This document shows positions 22,561 to 35,922 of a stretch of 64,000 nucleotides of DNA, one piece after another. A program made the position numbers and the translations under genes. Under the pieces are notes generated by a model. That model did no database searches. It saw nothing but the letters and a program-made list of their open reading frames with translations, and was not told where the DNA came from. The DNA is from the human T2T-CHM13v2.0 reference genome, Homo sapiens, in assembly GCF_009914755.1 (NCBI RefSeq), contig NC_060937.1; one strand, given 5' to 3'. Numbering within the stretch: the stretch's first letter is position 1; the number at the start of each line of letters is the position of its first letter.

Positions 22561-25500
22561 CTTCATAATTTCTGCATATTGCTTCAAAATTACTGTAGAA
22601 TCAATGCCTTTAAAGATTGTTAATTTACCTGGACAGGAATTTCAAACATTTAAAAAAGTCAGAATTATATTTAATCTTCTTATTTTTACAAGCTGGAATT
22701 ATCTATAGGTAAGAGTTCTTGGAAGTTTTATATTTGTGTTTATATGCCCTTAATTTTTTGGACATTTCTGTAGATATATTGTGATCTTCTCTAATAAAGT
22801 ACCCATTAATATACCATATCTAACTAATCAAACTACTTATATATAGTATAATATCTTGTCAATTAACCTGTTATATAACTACATGAAATATATTCTTGTG
22901 TGTTTTTTATTCTCATTCCTTTAGGCAACAACCCATAACAATTCTCATTTTGCTAATGTAAGAGAACAGTATTAGAAATAGATGCAAAGGTTTTAACTGG
23001 AACTTAATAGCTTAGTGTTGCATGCAAAATCTGTTTTACTTGACTACCCAAATGACAAAACAAGTGCAGGCTGCTGTTTTTCTCCCCTCAGATTAACCCT
23101 AGGGAAGCTAGATGTGAAGAAATCAGGGATTCTAAAAACTAAATACAAGTACAAAAATAATGAAATACTTTGAAAAACACTGGGAAGACTGAAGTCTGTC
23201 CTGAACTGGCAATGATTCTTTTTTAAAAAAAGAAAGTCATGTTTGGGAATTTTTCACAGAATGTCAACTTTGCCTTGTCATAGTTTAATGAGTTGTAGGG
23301 GAAAGAATCAAATTTTTTTATAAAACTGTTGATATACACCTTGGGCCAATATCCAAAAAGATTTTAATAACTCACAGAAAGTGTTAGAGATTCTCTCTCT
23401 CCTTCCCATTTTGTAGTTGAAATAAATATCTGTTTGAGATAGAAAATGCACAAGACCTTGACTGCTGGAACAATTCAGTACTTGACTGCTTAGCAAATGT
23501 TCCTAAAAATTGTTTCAGACTTCTAAAAATGGACTACTAAATTTTAAAAATACAATTGTAATAAATCATTTCTACAAATATTACTTTGCTGTGATAAAAA
23601 TTTTTACTAATTATAGAGAAATTTGGAAATACACAGTTGGGTCACTTAGAGAAAAAATATCCTTTAGACTTTCAGGTACATTTGTTTTTCCTCTATGTGT
23701 ATATTTGCTCACAGTGCTGATCATTTATCCTGAGATTGCATATATTGAGTAAAACTTTTTTTTGCAAGTCTGGTTATTTTAGTTAAGTGGTGACCTACTA
23801 CCTCTGAAATAATTGACAACTGGTACACCAATATCGACTTTATGGACATCCAATTATTTGACATTTTAAAGTTTTATCAAAATTTTCCAATATTGTCTGA
23901 ACAAAAGATGCCATCAGTGGTCTTTGGGAAGCCTCACATGAGCATGAGCTCCTTATTCCCACCTGGCCCACTTCTTCCAGAGAAAACCAGAAGCTACAGT
24001 GCAGGCTTTTGATTAGATATATGATAATTTAGGAAATACATACTTGGAGAAAAGAGTTAAATGTGCCATGATCGTAAGAACTATATTGTATGAATAAAGC
24101 ACCAGAGACTATATGCTCAATAGTAGAAATCCAGTAAATTAATTACTATACACAATTCATGTCATATAATACAAATTGGTAAACAAATTGATAAATTGAA
24201 CAAATAAGATAATATAGTTAAAACATTCTGTAGCATTAATGGCTTAACCCCTACCACCATGATATCTGCACCCTCTTAAACTCAAAAAAGGGTTTGGGGT
24301 ACACTTTTAGCCTATCGGAAAATATTTGTAAACTATGCTAGTCTAACTAAAGGAAATTAAGCAGAGCGCATTATTATGATTATTACTAATCATAGTAACA
24401 CTTAGAATTATTGAAATTATTATTACCTAATAGGCTGAGTTAATTCAAGCAATGAATTTCCTCATGATCTCAAATGCAAATTGTGATATTAAATTTAAAT
24501 TGGCATTTTTTTTCTGTTTGTGATATGAGTGGGGACTGCAAAGTTTATTTAAGTTGCTTCATTACCCAGAATATTTCACATAATTGCCATTAACTATAAC
24601 AATCTCTTCTCTATAATATGGCTGAAAGAAAAGAATTTTAATCCTTTTCTCAATTATTAATCAGTTTCACTATCCATTTCTTAATAAAGAATGCTTGATA
24701 AAGCACTGTGCCTTTTTCCATGACATCCTCCCCTTTTACAGCACTGATGAAATGGGAATCAAACTACAGGCCACTTATGGATTAGCTGAAAATTTCTAAT
24801 CATGTCATTTTGGAGTGAGGGTAATTTGTGCAATGGGATAATCATTTCCTCATAGCAGAATGAATATTGAACAATGATTGGTCGAGAATTTAAAAAATAG
24901 ACTTAAAAGCAAAACAAGGGGGCTGATGAGGTTTTGTTTTTTTGGTTTTATCGACTGCCTGGAAACTTTGCATTGCATCTGTGCTGATTTTTTTGGAATA
25001 ATATTCAGTAGAAAACTCCAGAAGTATATATATAAAGAATACACATTTCTTAAAGTTTTAAAGACTTATATTCAGGATGGCAGAGCAGAGGTGCTGTCGG
25101 GGGTAGAAGAAAGGAATTAGAATCATTTTGCCTTTCCTTTGCCTGCATATTTAGCCTCACAAATAAGATAAATCTAATGAAAATAAGAGGAGGAATATCT
25201 CTATTATATTCCTCCTATGCTCCCCCATGTGTTCCTAAGTGTCTAGCAAGCAGTAAGCAATGAGCAATTATTTATGAGTAAATAGATGAGTCAATTAAAT
25301 CCTACATTGGATTAAAATTTAGTGTATTTTTTCCTCCCAATGTAAGGTACAATTAAAGTTCCTTGGGTGTCCAATTATCAGATTCATAAGTGTGTTAAAG
25401 AAAGTTACCAAATTTTAAAATATCTCAATTTTCCTGCTCCAGAGGAATGGAATTTGGCTGTTATAGATAGAAATGAAGATAAGGTGAATCTTTACTTTGG

Positions 25501-25849
25501 TAAGTTTTAAAGGGAAATTGGTTATAATGATCTCTGGTACCAGTATTCTGAAGTTTTATAAAATGTATTGCTTTCTTTATTGAAGTTAGTAGAAATGCTT
25601 TTGAAAGTGAGTCAAATATGTTTCTGGTTGATGGAGTTTAAAAGGCTGAAAAGAAAGAATATTGCCTTAAAAAAGAAGCCCCAAGAGCTTGTGTTAGAAC
25701 TCCATAAATAATTATATATGGGCAAGAAACAATTGAAATAAACCTGCTTTAGTCTTCATTGAATGGTCACTTTTATACAATTGCACTTGTGTTATGTACC
25801 AGTACAATCAGCCTTTGCCATAGTTTTTAATCTTCTTAATGAAAACCAT

Positions 25850-25882
25850 CACCACCACCACCACCACCACCACCACCACCAC
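25850..25882. repeat. (CAC)11 trinucleotide microsatellite
   Basis: Uninterrupted CAC units counted directly. Confidence 0.95.
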
Positions 25883-27329
25883 AAAACATGTTAGTGACCA
25901 TGTCAAACGAATGTGAGATCAAATTATGAATTTGAGTGCCAAAATATTTCTTGGTATCAGTGCCAATTCCTTTCTAATATTTACATAACTGTAACTTTAT
26001 TCAAGGATACTCTGATCACCAGGTCTGGGAGTTTCCATATATTTCAGAAATATTTTATTTTTATCAAAAAGAGTTTGAATATACTTCAGGATAATTGACC
26101 TAAAAGCCTAGTTCTGGATAATTTAAGGCAATCTCTCTATTTAACTAGTGTTCTTGGTGTTTAATCATAAACTACAGCAGTTTGAATGTTGTGAGCCTGT
26201 AATTAAGGAAAGTTTACTCCTAGAGCTACAGAGCAGCCCAGCAGTTCTCAGGCAGTGATGAAGTTTACTGGTCTTTTGAAAGTGTGTGCTTATACCTCAT
26301 AAAACACTTAAGTCCTCTACAAAGTAATTTAGGTAGGTACCAGTAAAATCCAGCTAAACTAAAATGTTTTGTTTTATTAAATCTTAAAGTCATTTAGATG
26401 ACATTTGTTCTTTAACTTCGGAGAAAACTGAGGGAGTAACACATATTGTTTTCCAAATTAGTCATCAAGCTACATTTAAGTGGCATCGTATGGTACATTA
26501 AACGGTATCTGGTAAAACGAAAATTCTTCATTTTGAATTGAGGAGTCTTTTAAGGTTTTCAGAGTGACCATATTTTACCATGTAATTTATCATCCAACCG
26601 AATATATCCTGAGATTAAAAGAGTGCTTTTCATAACTGTGCCCAAACAAGCCTAAATCAAGGCTGTTTCAAAATTAGACATGTGCCCCAACCCTCTGTTT
26701 TGCTGGGGCAAGGAACTTCCATGTAATTTAATAATTACCCATTTGAGCAAATGTGCAAGAATGAGATATAAAACTTGGCTTGAAATATTTATCCCATTTA
26801 ATCCCTTTCCTCTGATTTTGCTATTATAGCTCAGACTTCCCAGGGTACCTGCAGGCTGAGAGTGAGAGGAGAATGAGTTACCCAATTAAAAGGGAGTATA
26901 TGAGCTAATAGTCCAGTTTGCTTTAGCCTAAGAAACACCTCAAACTTGCTCTTATCACTCTGAAATGAAAATCGGCTTTTCCTATTTAGCTCTGAAGTAA
27001 ACAAAAGTTTGGAAAAAGCCAACTCGATGATTAAAATGTATCCTCCTTGTAACAGTTGGGGCCTTCACTTCCTTTTAAATTGTTTAAGAATCCCCCAACA
27101 GAGCAGATCACATCCAACTTCTTGCAGAGCAAAAAGCAACCATTTGTCACAAGTCTTCTTTTTTTTTTATACATATTTTGTATTCCACTGTTTTGTTCCA
27201 ATCTTCCTTTGTTTTATTTGGCTGCTGAAGCCAGAGCTTCTTGCCTTTGGCAATAAAAGCTTATGAGCAAACATTCTCTGTGCCTTGGAAAGCAAAAGCA
27301 TCACCCCAGTCTGCACATCCAACTGTGCC

Positions 27330-27480
27330 CGTCTCCGAAGTCCTGAGCCCTGTTCTTAAATTGGAACCTGAGAAGCTTTGCCAAGATTTCGTGCTGCCAG
27401 GCGGACTCCGTTGGGCCGGGCCGTATTGATTCGCGTTGGTTCCCCTGTTTTCTGTCAGTTAGTGATCCAGACGTAAGCTT
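27330..27480. promoter_or_regulatory. CpG micro-island, candidate promoter/enhancer
   Basis: 10 CpGs counted in 27330-27473 in non-repeat DNA, against a CpG-depleted background. Confidence 0.45.
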
Positions 27481-28964
27481 TGATTCCTCATTATCTCAAT
27501 TGCAAATTCCATGAACACATCATCATGCTGCTAGTGCATCCAGGATTTGAAACTGAAAATACCGGATCAATGTCTCAGGGGCACAGCCTTGAATTTCAAT
27601 ACAATTAAATTTCTTGAATGTGAGATTTATCCAGATTGTCATCTGCATTTTTTGCACGTTCAGTATGTGAATCTACCCGCACACAGAACCCAAGCACAGT
27701 GGTCCTGTCAGCGCATAACGAAGGAAAAAGACTTGATCGTGAACCTGAGGGAAAGATAATCAAATGTTGAACCTGCTGAGCCTGTTAGATGAAACTGTTA
27801 ACAAGGCTTGCTCAAATCACCAGGGGAATGCTGTGCGGAGATGAAGATTGGGGTTCAGTTCTGAAATATGTAAGCAGGGTTAGGCTGAATAAGGAGGTCT
27901 CAGTGCTTGCTGCTGAAGCTGTGTAGCCAGCCTTTGAAAGGATTTGTATTTTCCCTCAGGAGTCACTTCAGCACACAGATTCACTTGAATCAGTTAAGCT
28001 CAACTCAGAAACATACTGACTGCGAAAGTGTCATAAAAGAATACCACATTTCAATTCTAATTTTCACCAAATGAAAACTAAATAACAAATTGACAAAGCA
28101 AGAAAAAATAATTTATTTTTGTAATTTAAGAAGATAGACTAGGGAGAAAGAAATAAAAAGCAACAGTTACTCGGAACAGGTGCTATCTACGCTTAGTGGA
28201 ATAGGAGGGTGGAAGTCACAAGCAACAAAGTGTTCTTGTTAGCAGACTTGACTTTCAATTTCCTTACATGCTTAAGACAATGAGAACTTTACAAACCCAC
28301 ATCCTTCCTTTACTGCACAAACTCAATATACTTAGGCTTTTATTTCACTAGCTCTCCTCCTTGGAGCTCCTTCTTTCCCTACCTGTGACCTCACTGAAGG
28401 ATATTAATGAATACAGTCAACTTCCCGCATCTGGTGTGAGGCGACTAAGCCTCTGGGACTGATAAAGCGTTTGCAGTCCTGGAGTCATTATCAATTTTTA
28501 TTCGAGATAGTGCACCATTGAAACCAGAGCACGTGTTAAAATTCCTTTATCTCTGAATTTCCTGCTCCAAGAAACCTTGGCCATTCAAATTTGACATCCA
28601 AGGTCACTTGAAATATACATTTAGCAATAATCTGTAAAATTATCTGTCATGGAAACATACTAAAATTCGATGGAGGCTACGTGTGACCAATTACTATTGA
28701 GAGCAACAATCTACTTTAGTAACATCATGTGTTCATTACAAAACTTTAAAATATTTAACTTCTTAGGTAATATAAATTATACAGAAATAAATTTAGTATT
28801 ATGCTACAGTCTCTTGAAATAGCCTAGATTTATTTTTAGTCCATATAAGTCACCTTTACAGAGAAGAAAAACTATTTCCTAAACAACATTCATTCTTAAT
28901 TTTTATTTATGCATAAAGACTTGTGTGCATGTGTGCATTTTGAAAAATGCTGAAAAATACAGGA

Positions 28965-29165
28965 AGTTTAGAATGAGAAAACTTGACTTACAGCTCAATG
29001 ATGGAATTTATATTCTTGCATGATACTGAGAAATACCATTTAACCTCTTATTGCCTCAGAAACTATATCTACAGAATCGAAACAATTACAATACCTGTCC
29101 TTCCAAACTCAGGTTGTTTAAATTAAGTAATATGATTTCCATGGAAGCATTTTATAAATTTTAAA
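28965..29165 (+). mobile_element. MIR SINE
   Basis: CCATTTAACCTCTTATTGCCTCAG..ATCTACAGAAT..AATACCTGTCC..CATGGAAGCATTTTATAAA. Confidence 0.65.
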
Positions 29166-29449
29166 AAATTATGCAAGTTTGTTTTAATATTAACTACACT
29201 ATAATTCACAATTTCAGGAGCCCAAATTTGTATAGTTTAAAAAAAATCTTATCAGAAGGGGTTTGTATTATAGACAGAAATCTCTTTGAAACACTGGTTT
29301 TTTCATTATATTTTCTTGACCAAGGAAGTGAACTCTACCCTAATTTTACCTGAGGAATTAACTGAATTTAATTGAACAAATTTCTCTGACACTCAGGCCT
29401 TCCTCTTTGGTGACTTCTGGATACCCATGAAGCCTAGCCAAAACAAATT

Positions 29450-29880
29450 CCTACCACCTTGATAACTTCTTGAATGATTCTGTTTCTAGCACATATTTCA
29501 GACTAGAATTTTTTATCTCACCTAACCAACTGGCCGAGGACATTTTCAAAGACATTACATAGTTTGAGTTTAAGATATTAAAAACAGAGATTATTATCTT
29601 CACGTTGTAGCTCCCACTCATCCTTCTGCTATGTTCTACCTCTATGATACCAATGTTTTCACATTGTTTAAGCCAAAAGAAATTCAGGTATAATCTTTGA
29701 CTGTTCTTCATCTTCACGATTTCATAGCTCCTTAATAATGTCGTTATATCCAATTCTACCTCCTAAATGTCTTCTATAATTAGCCCTTTTCTCCTGTTCT
29801 ATTCCAAGCCATCAAATTCCTTTGTCTGGACCATTACAACAACATCCGATTTGGACTCTGCCTCTGTACTTACCTTATAG
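29450..29880 (+). mobile_element. L2 fragment
   Basis: TTGTTTAAGCCAAAAGAAATTCAGGTATAATCTTTGAC..CAATTCTACCTCCTAAATGTC..TCTGGACCATTACAACAACATCC. Confidence 0.7.
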
Positions 29881-30246
29881 GAACTCTTCAACTTCAATAA
29901 GGGATGCAATTATCAGAAAACTACCTTCTACAGCCTTATTTGTGCATTTATAATGTTTTGATATGACTTTATATACAACTGCTCTTATTTGTCCTTAATA
30001 CGTGAAGAATTTCAATATAATTTTTTGAATTGGAATTTTATAAGCCCCTATACATTGTTGTTGTTGTTGAATAAGACAATGAATAAGAGGATGAATGTTT
30101 GAATGCATGTATGAATATTTGTAATTAGGGCTATTTAAGACAAGTAGAAAGTGAGATAAACAACTATTTTAAGTTTGTTGAGTAGAGTTTGGCAATGTAA
30201 TATAGCTCAAGTCTATAACATCTCCCTGACTTTTGCTCATCTACGT

Positions 30247-30448
30247 TAGGGTTTCTCCACCTTAGCACTGCTGACATTCTGGACCAGTTAATTCTTTGTT
30301 GTCCAGAACTATTCTGAGCATGGTAGGAGGTTTAAAGCATCTCTAACCTATATACATTAGTACTCAGTCTCCTATTATAATTAAAACTGTCTCTAGACAT
30401 TGCCAAATGCTCCCTGGAGAGCAACACACTTCTAGTGGAGAACCACAG
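30247..30448 (-). mobile_element. MER20 (hAT-Charlie DNA transposon)
   Basis: GGGTTTCTCCACCTTAGCACTGCTGACATTCTGGACCAG..CTCTAGACATTGCCAAATGCTCCCTGG..GAGAACCACAG with both TIRs. Confidence 0.88.
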
Positions 30449-31814
30449 ACCTATGGATTTGGCTCTCCCAAAATAAAAGTAAATAAAGAGAGGAAGTGTG
30501 AGGAGGAATTATGTTGCTACATCTGGTAATCTGATAATCTATCAATGATTATCTACACTGATGACCTCACAACTAAATATTTGGGAGATTAAAATGACTC
30601 CCAGAACAAGAGTTGGTAAGGGACTATGCAACCTTAGTCATTTTCAATCTTTCTTTGGATCAGTACGAGGCCCAGATTTCAGAACCTATCTAGGAATAAA
30701 GACTTGAGATGTGTCTAATTTAGACTCAGAACCTAATTTTGGTAATTGAGGCAAAGGGCCCGAGAATACCACCTTCATATGATATGAAAAAGTAGGTTGG
30801 TGTTTTAGATGTGGCAAACTTACTTGACTTTAGTTTAAATGGACAAATATCTCCAGAGAGTGTCCTTTCTATTATACATTGTCTATCCTCTACAAGGTTC
30901 CCACACCTACCAAAAATCATAATAGGAGGATTCTGAATGTATATTAAAAATAAACACAGAATACTTATTATTGAAACAACTGATTTTTTAAAAAATTGAG
31001 CTGACTACAAATCAAACAGTTACAAAAACTTTATGATAAGACACATATGAATCTTAGGAATACACACAATTCAAGGAATAATAGTGGCAGCCCTTTAATT
31101 GACCCACCAAGAGGTAACATTCTAGAATAATTTCCTTACCAGGGAAGAAATCTACTATTTAATATCAATGCTCTGTGGCTGCTTACTATATCAAGAAGAA
31201 TTATACTGCAAATAATCATGATCTGGACTGCTTTTGTCTGTGGCTGAAGCTGAAACCATCCAATTAATATATGGTGTTCAGGGAAAATAGCTCATTTTAA
31301 ACCAGGGTCTTAGTCAAAGGAAAGGACAGCCTTTTATTAACTTTGTCCCTTGTCTCTAGACATATTTATTGCATTCTTCTGGAAGAGAAATAATAGAAGC
31401 TCAGCTATAAGACCATGTGCGCAAAACAGAAAAAATCTCTTAGCTGCCATGAATGCAAATGGCTCTGTCACTTGATGGGAAACACTACGGTTTTAAAATT
31501 TGAAAATGGTTCACAAGATTCAGAAATCTCTCTTGTAACATATAGTCATTAGATGATGAAAAAGAAAATTATGTGGAAATGATAATATCTTGATTTTGTC
31601 CATGCACATGGCTACACATTTGAGTTTGGTTCATGTATATATTGCTAGTCATCATGGTCAGTGAATTTTTATTATTTATCTATAAAATATTACTCTGACA
31701 CCATACATTTAAACACAATCTTAATATATTTATCTGACATAACTTCATGGTTTAGTTATACTCCTACTTCACTTTAGATATTTGGTGTTTGTTATAAAAT
31801 GTAAGTCTTTATCC

Positions 31815-32120
31815 ATTATTATTGTTATTATTGTTTTGAGACCGAGTCTCGCTCTGTCACCCAGGCTGGAGTGCAGTTGTGCGATCTCGGCTAACTGCAA
31901 ACTCCACCTCCCAAGTTCAAGCAATTCTCCCTACCTCAGGCTCCTGAGTAGCTGGGATTACAGGTGCTTGCCAGCACACCCACCTAATTTTTGTATTTTT
32001 TAGTACAGACATGGTTTTGTCATGTTGGCCAGGCTAGTTTGGAACTCCTGACCTCAGGTGATCTTCCCGCCTCGGGCTCCCGAAGTGCTGGGGTTACGGT
32101 GTGAGCCACCGTGCCCAGCC
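31815..32120 (-). mobile_element. AluS (Sx/Sz-like), full length
   Basis: Reverse Alu dimer with a tail degenerated to TTA/TTG repeats. TSD-like CATTATTATT/CATTGTTATT. Confidence 0.95.
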
Positions 32121-33329
32121 CATTGTTATTTATTATATCAATTACTGTCATTCATTTTGTGGTTTTTCCATATGTGTCAACATTTTTCTAGTGTCTTAAT
32201 ATGGGATTCTGGGAGAAAATTATGAAGTACAATTTTGGTTCATGCTCAAAACATTAACTTAGAAATATAATATTGTTAACGTATCTTATCCAAAATACTG
32301 CCCAGGGAGTTTGGTATTTGGGTGCAGAAGCATAAGCCAAAATTGTGGAGTTAAATGCAACTACCCAAAAGGCAGCGTGTGAGAATAATTTTAAATCAAC
32401 ACTAGGCAGAGTGGCAAATTCTGTCATAAATCTGAATATATTTGGTAGCTTGAGTAATTCTGACAATTGTCAGACAGAAGTCCTAGACCTGACCCGCTTT
32501 GGTGTAAATGAGTCATATATTTACAATGAACTAACCACCATGGTGGTGGGATGGACTATGTCTGACAGCAAACTGAGAATACAGTTTCTCTTGCCTGAAC
32601 AATATGGCTTGAAGGTTAACCTATCCTGGGTGATAAAAAAACAAAGTGATAGACTTGAGAACATAGTAATAGTCTCATCTTTTTCTTATTCATCACTAAC
32701 AAATTTGAAAAACAAGAAACATTTTGATCATTGCCTCCTTACATATATCTTTTCTTGATAAAGGATTTACCATAGTCCCTAGAAAGAGGTATCTATACCA
32801 GTAAATATATCTAAGTTGTTTTGGCATTAGCTGTTTTCTATTTTGAAAGTTTCCAAAGAAACTGGAAGTTGTTAGCAGGGAATAACACTGGGAAGTAAAT
32901 GAAGGGGGCTTTCCCATTTTTACTTTTCAGTTTCCTATACTGTTTGAGTTTTTATAGTAATCTTAATAATTTAACAAAACATAAAGGAATAAAAGATAAA
33001 GGTTTTTAAAAAGAAAAATACCTACAAGTCTTCAGGTTCATTGACTTTTATTGGAACAATGAAGAAAACTTGTAAATAATGCTAGTAAGCCACTGCCGTT
33101 TACCTTTAAATTATAAAACATGCATTTCCAGTGGCCTGGATAAGGACAAATTTTCAGATATAAGGGAAAAAATTTCATTCATTTAATTTGCTTCCTTGTT
33201 CTATCTGATTTTTTTATTATGTCAGGAGGCATCTGGAACTTTTTTATGATGAGGTTGTGCATCATAAAGATCTTTTCTAATGTCTTCATAATCTGGCATT
33301 GCAGTCTGGAGGGATGAGAACCATACATT

Positions 33330-33460
33330 TGGCATGCTTCTATAAAAATAGACTTGATTATTCCTAACTCATAGGATTGTGGGGATCAATTGAGTTAGTA
33401 AAGCTTATAAATGATGAGTGTTGTGCCTGGCACAGAGTAAACATTCAATAAGTTTAGTTG
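33330..33460 (+). mobile_element. MIR 3' half
   Basis: CCTAACTCATAGGATTGTGGGGATCAATTGAG..GTGCCTGGCACAGAGTAAACATTCAATAA. Confidence 0.75.
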
Positions 33461-33979
33461 GTGACTGCTTCAAGCTGAAAGTAAATTTGAAGAACATGAA
33501 ATAAAATATTAGGATAATAAATAATAGATTTTCATGCAAAGCCACATACTCTTCTCATAATTACACACTGCATCTCAGGACGTCAGTCATGATTTTGCTA
33601 TGATAACTCTCTTTTTGGGAATGTTGTCTGCTTATCCATCTTCCCCTCAACTCCTACTTTTTTTTCCATAACGCAGTAAAATAATTCTTACTATGTGTCC
33701 TCATAATATGTGTCCTTAAACAATAAATATGAGAATGACTGGTGATTTCTTTAAAAAAAATCCAAAATATTTTTAAGACCAAAGAAATATTAATTTGTAT
33801 TGTACTTATATCAAGTGAATGTTTGGCAAAGAAACACTTAGAATAGAGCTGGACTTATTATATAGCCACTCCAGTTTAAGTAAGTTTTCAGGATAGCAGG
33901 CAACTAAAATAGAATAAAGAACTAAATAACTTGAAAGGGTTTTTTTGTTTGTTTTGTTTTGTAATTTGGATTTTGAGAA

Positions 33980-35370
33980 ATTGGAAATAGTGGTATAATA
34001 CTTGAAGATAGATTGTGATAAAGTAAAAGTGTAATCTATAAACACTAAAGCTATAAATAAAATAACAAAACAAAGAATTATAGTTAACAAGCCAACATAA
34101 AGAAAATAGTTATAAAAAATGCTCAGTTTAAATGAAGGCAGACAGAAATGGAAAAGGTAATAAAAAAAGGTTGTAAGTTAAAAGCTCCAGTTAAAAGAAG
34201 TTGTCAAACTGAATTAAAAACTATCTTCAACAGCATACTTTCTCTATATACATACAAATAGTGAAAAAGAGTTTTAAATGATATACCATTTTCACACTAA
34301 AAGAAGGCTGGAGAAACTATATTAATATTAAATAATGTAGATTTCATAGGAAATATTGATATAAATATATAAACATCGAATAAAGATAAAGATATTGAAA
34401 TAGAAACACAAATAAGAAAATATCAATGAAACCAAAGGCTGACTATCAAAAAGGTCAATAAAACTGATAAATTCTCGCAAAAGATTTGGAAAAGCAAGAA
34501 GGTGAAACAAAGTAGATGTCACAAATTATCAGGATAAGAAATGAGAAGAGTGATTGTATCACAGATTTTACAAATACCAAAGGGGAAATAAGGGTATCAG
34601 TATCTTCACAACAATTTTATTCTAAATATTTGTCAACTTAGATGAAATGGACACAATATCAAAGCTCATGGCTTTTCTTCATCCTTGGCAACATTTGCTA
34701 AGGCCAGGCTTTTTAAAGAATTACAGATTTGTTGGTGAGGGTGTAGAAGAGTCAGAACTCTCATATACTGCTGGTAAGAAGGCAAAATCGTACAACCACT
34801 TTGGAAAACAGTTTGACAGTTTCATAAGATGTTAAAAATAACCTTCCATTTAACTGAAATATTCTTCTCCTTGTTGTTTATCCAAGAGAATTGAAAACTT
34901 ATGTCCATACAAAGATTTGTCCACAACTTCATAGCAGCTTTACTTGCAGTAACCAGAAATTGAAAACAATCCAAATATTCACAATAGATTAATGGATAAA
35001 CAAGTTCTGGTACCTCCATACAATGCAATATTACATAGCAAAAACCAAAACAAACCAAAAACTATAGAAGCAACAACAAAGATGAATCCTGAAATAGTTT
35101 TTCTAGAATGAAGCCACACAAATAAGAATAGTGTTTTATTTTATTTACATAAAATGCTAGAATATGCGAACTAATCTATAGTGGCACATTAGCTTGCCTA
35201 GGGAGTGGCATGAGGGTGTTATTACATAAGGACATGAGGAAACTTTTCTGGGTAGTAGATATGTTCATAATTGACTATAGGGGTGGTTTCACAGGGTATA
35301 CACAGAGTATACATATATCAATCTTAGCAAATAATAAACTATAAATATGTGCACTTTATTGTATATCTAA
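33980..35370 (+). mobile_element. Old L1 (L1MD/ME-like), fragmented ORF2 and 3' UTR
   Basis: ATCAATGAAACCAAAGG..AACTTAGATGAAATGGAC (ORF2) and TGTTGGTGAGGGTGTAGAAG..GAACTCTCATATACTGCTGGT..CAACCACTTTGGAAAACAGTTTG (3' end). Confidence 0.8.
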
Positions 35371-35376
35371 TACTCT

Positions 35377-35587
35377 CTTTTTTGAGACAGTCTCCCTCTG
35401 TCACCCAGGCTGTTATGCAGTGACATGATCTTGGCTCACAGCAGCCTCAACCTCCTGGGTTTCAAGGGATTCTAAGGCCTCAGCCTTCTAAGTAGCTAGA
35501 TTACAGGCACCTGCCACCACAGCCTGCTAATTTTTGTATTTTTAGTAGAGACGGGGTTTCGCCACCTTGGCCAGGCTGGTATCAAAC
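35377..35587 (-). mobile_element. 5'-truncated Alu (AluJ/old S)
   Basis: Right monomer, linker and part of the left monomer; stops at GGCTGGTATCAAAC. Confidence 0.9.
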
Positions 35588-35659
35588 AAAGCCATTACAT
35601 ACACTATTGCAGCTGTAATTATAAACATCTCAAATGTTTGCAGTCCTACAATTTGTAAA

Positions 35660-35718
35660 TTATTTTAATTTCTTCTAAAAAATGGGATACATGTGCAGAA
35701 TGTGCAGGTTTGTTACAT
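35660..35718 (-). mobile_element. L1PA (PA8-like) 3'-terminal stub
   Basis: TTCTTCTAAAAAATGGGATACATGTGCAGAATGTGCAGGTTTGTTACAT is the reverse of an L1PA 3' end. Confidence 0.8.
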
Positions 35719-35762
35719 GACTGTGGGTAGCAATTTGTTTGCCTGTACAAAAATATTCCATT

Positions 35763-35922
35763 ACCATATTTTAATTAGATGCTTCTTAAAGCATTTTGAA
35801 ACATAATTTTTTAACAAAATTACAAGTCACTGGAACTATGTTTTAATTAGGTGCTTCTTAAAACACTTTGAAATAGAATAAAAATTTTTAACAAAATCAC
35901 AAGTCACTGGAACTATATTTTA
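35763..35922. repeat. Diverged ~75-bp tandem duplication (2 copies plus a partial third)
   Basis: TTTTAATTAG.TGCTTCTTAAA..TTTGAAA..TTAACAAAAT.ACAAGTCACTGGAACTA occurs twice in tandem. Confidence 0.9.

Noticed and set aside
32345-32758. 137-aa ORF
   Set aside because: Non-ATG start, no recognisable homology and no exon boundaries.
35763-35922. Repeated units considered as a CRISPR-like array
   Set aside because: Two adjacent diverged copies with no spacers, in primate DNA; a simple tandem duplication.
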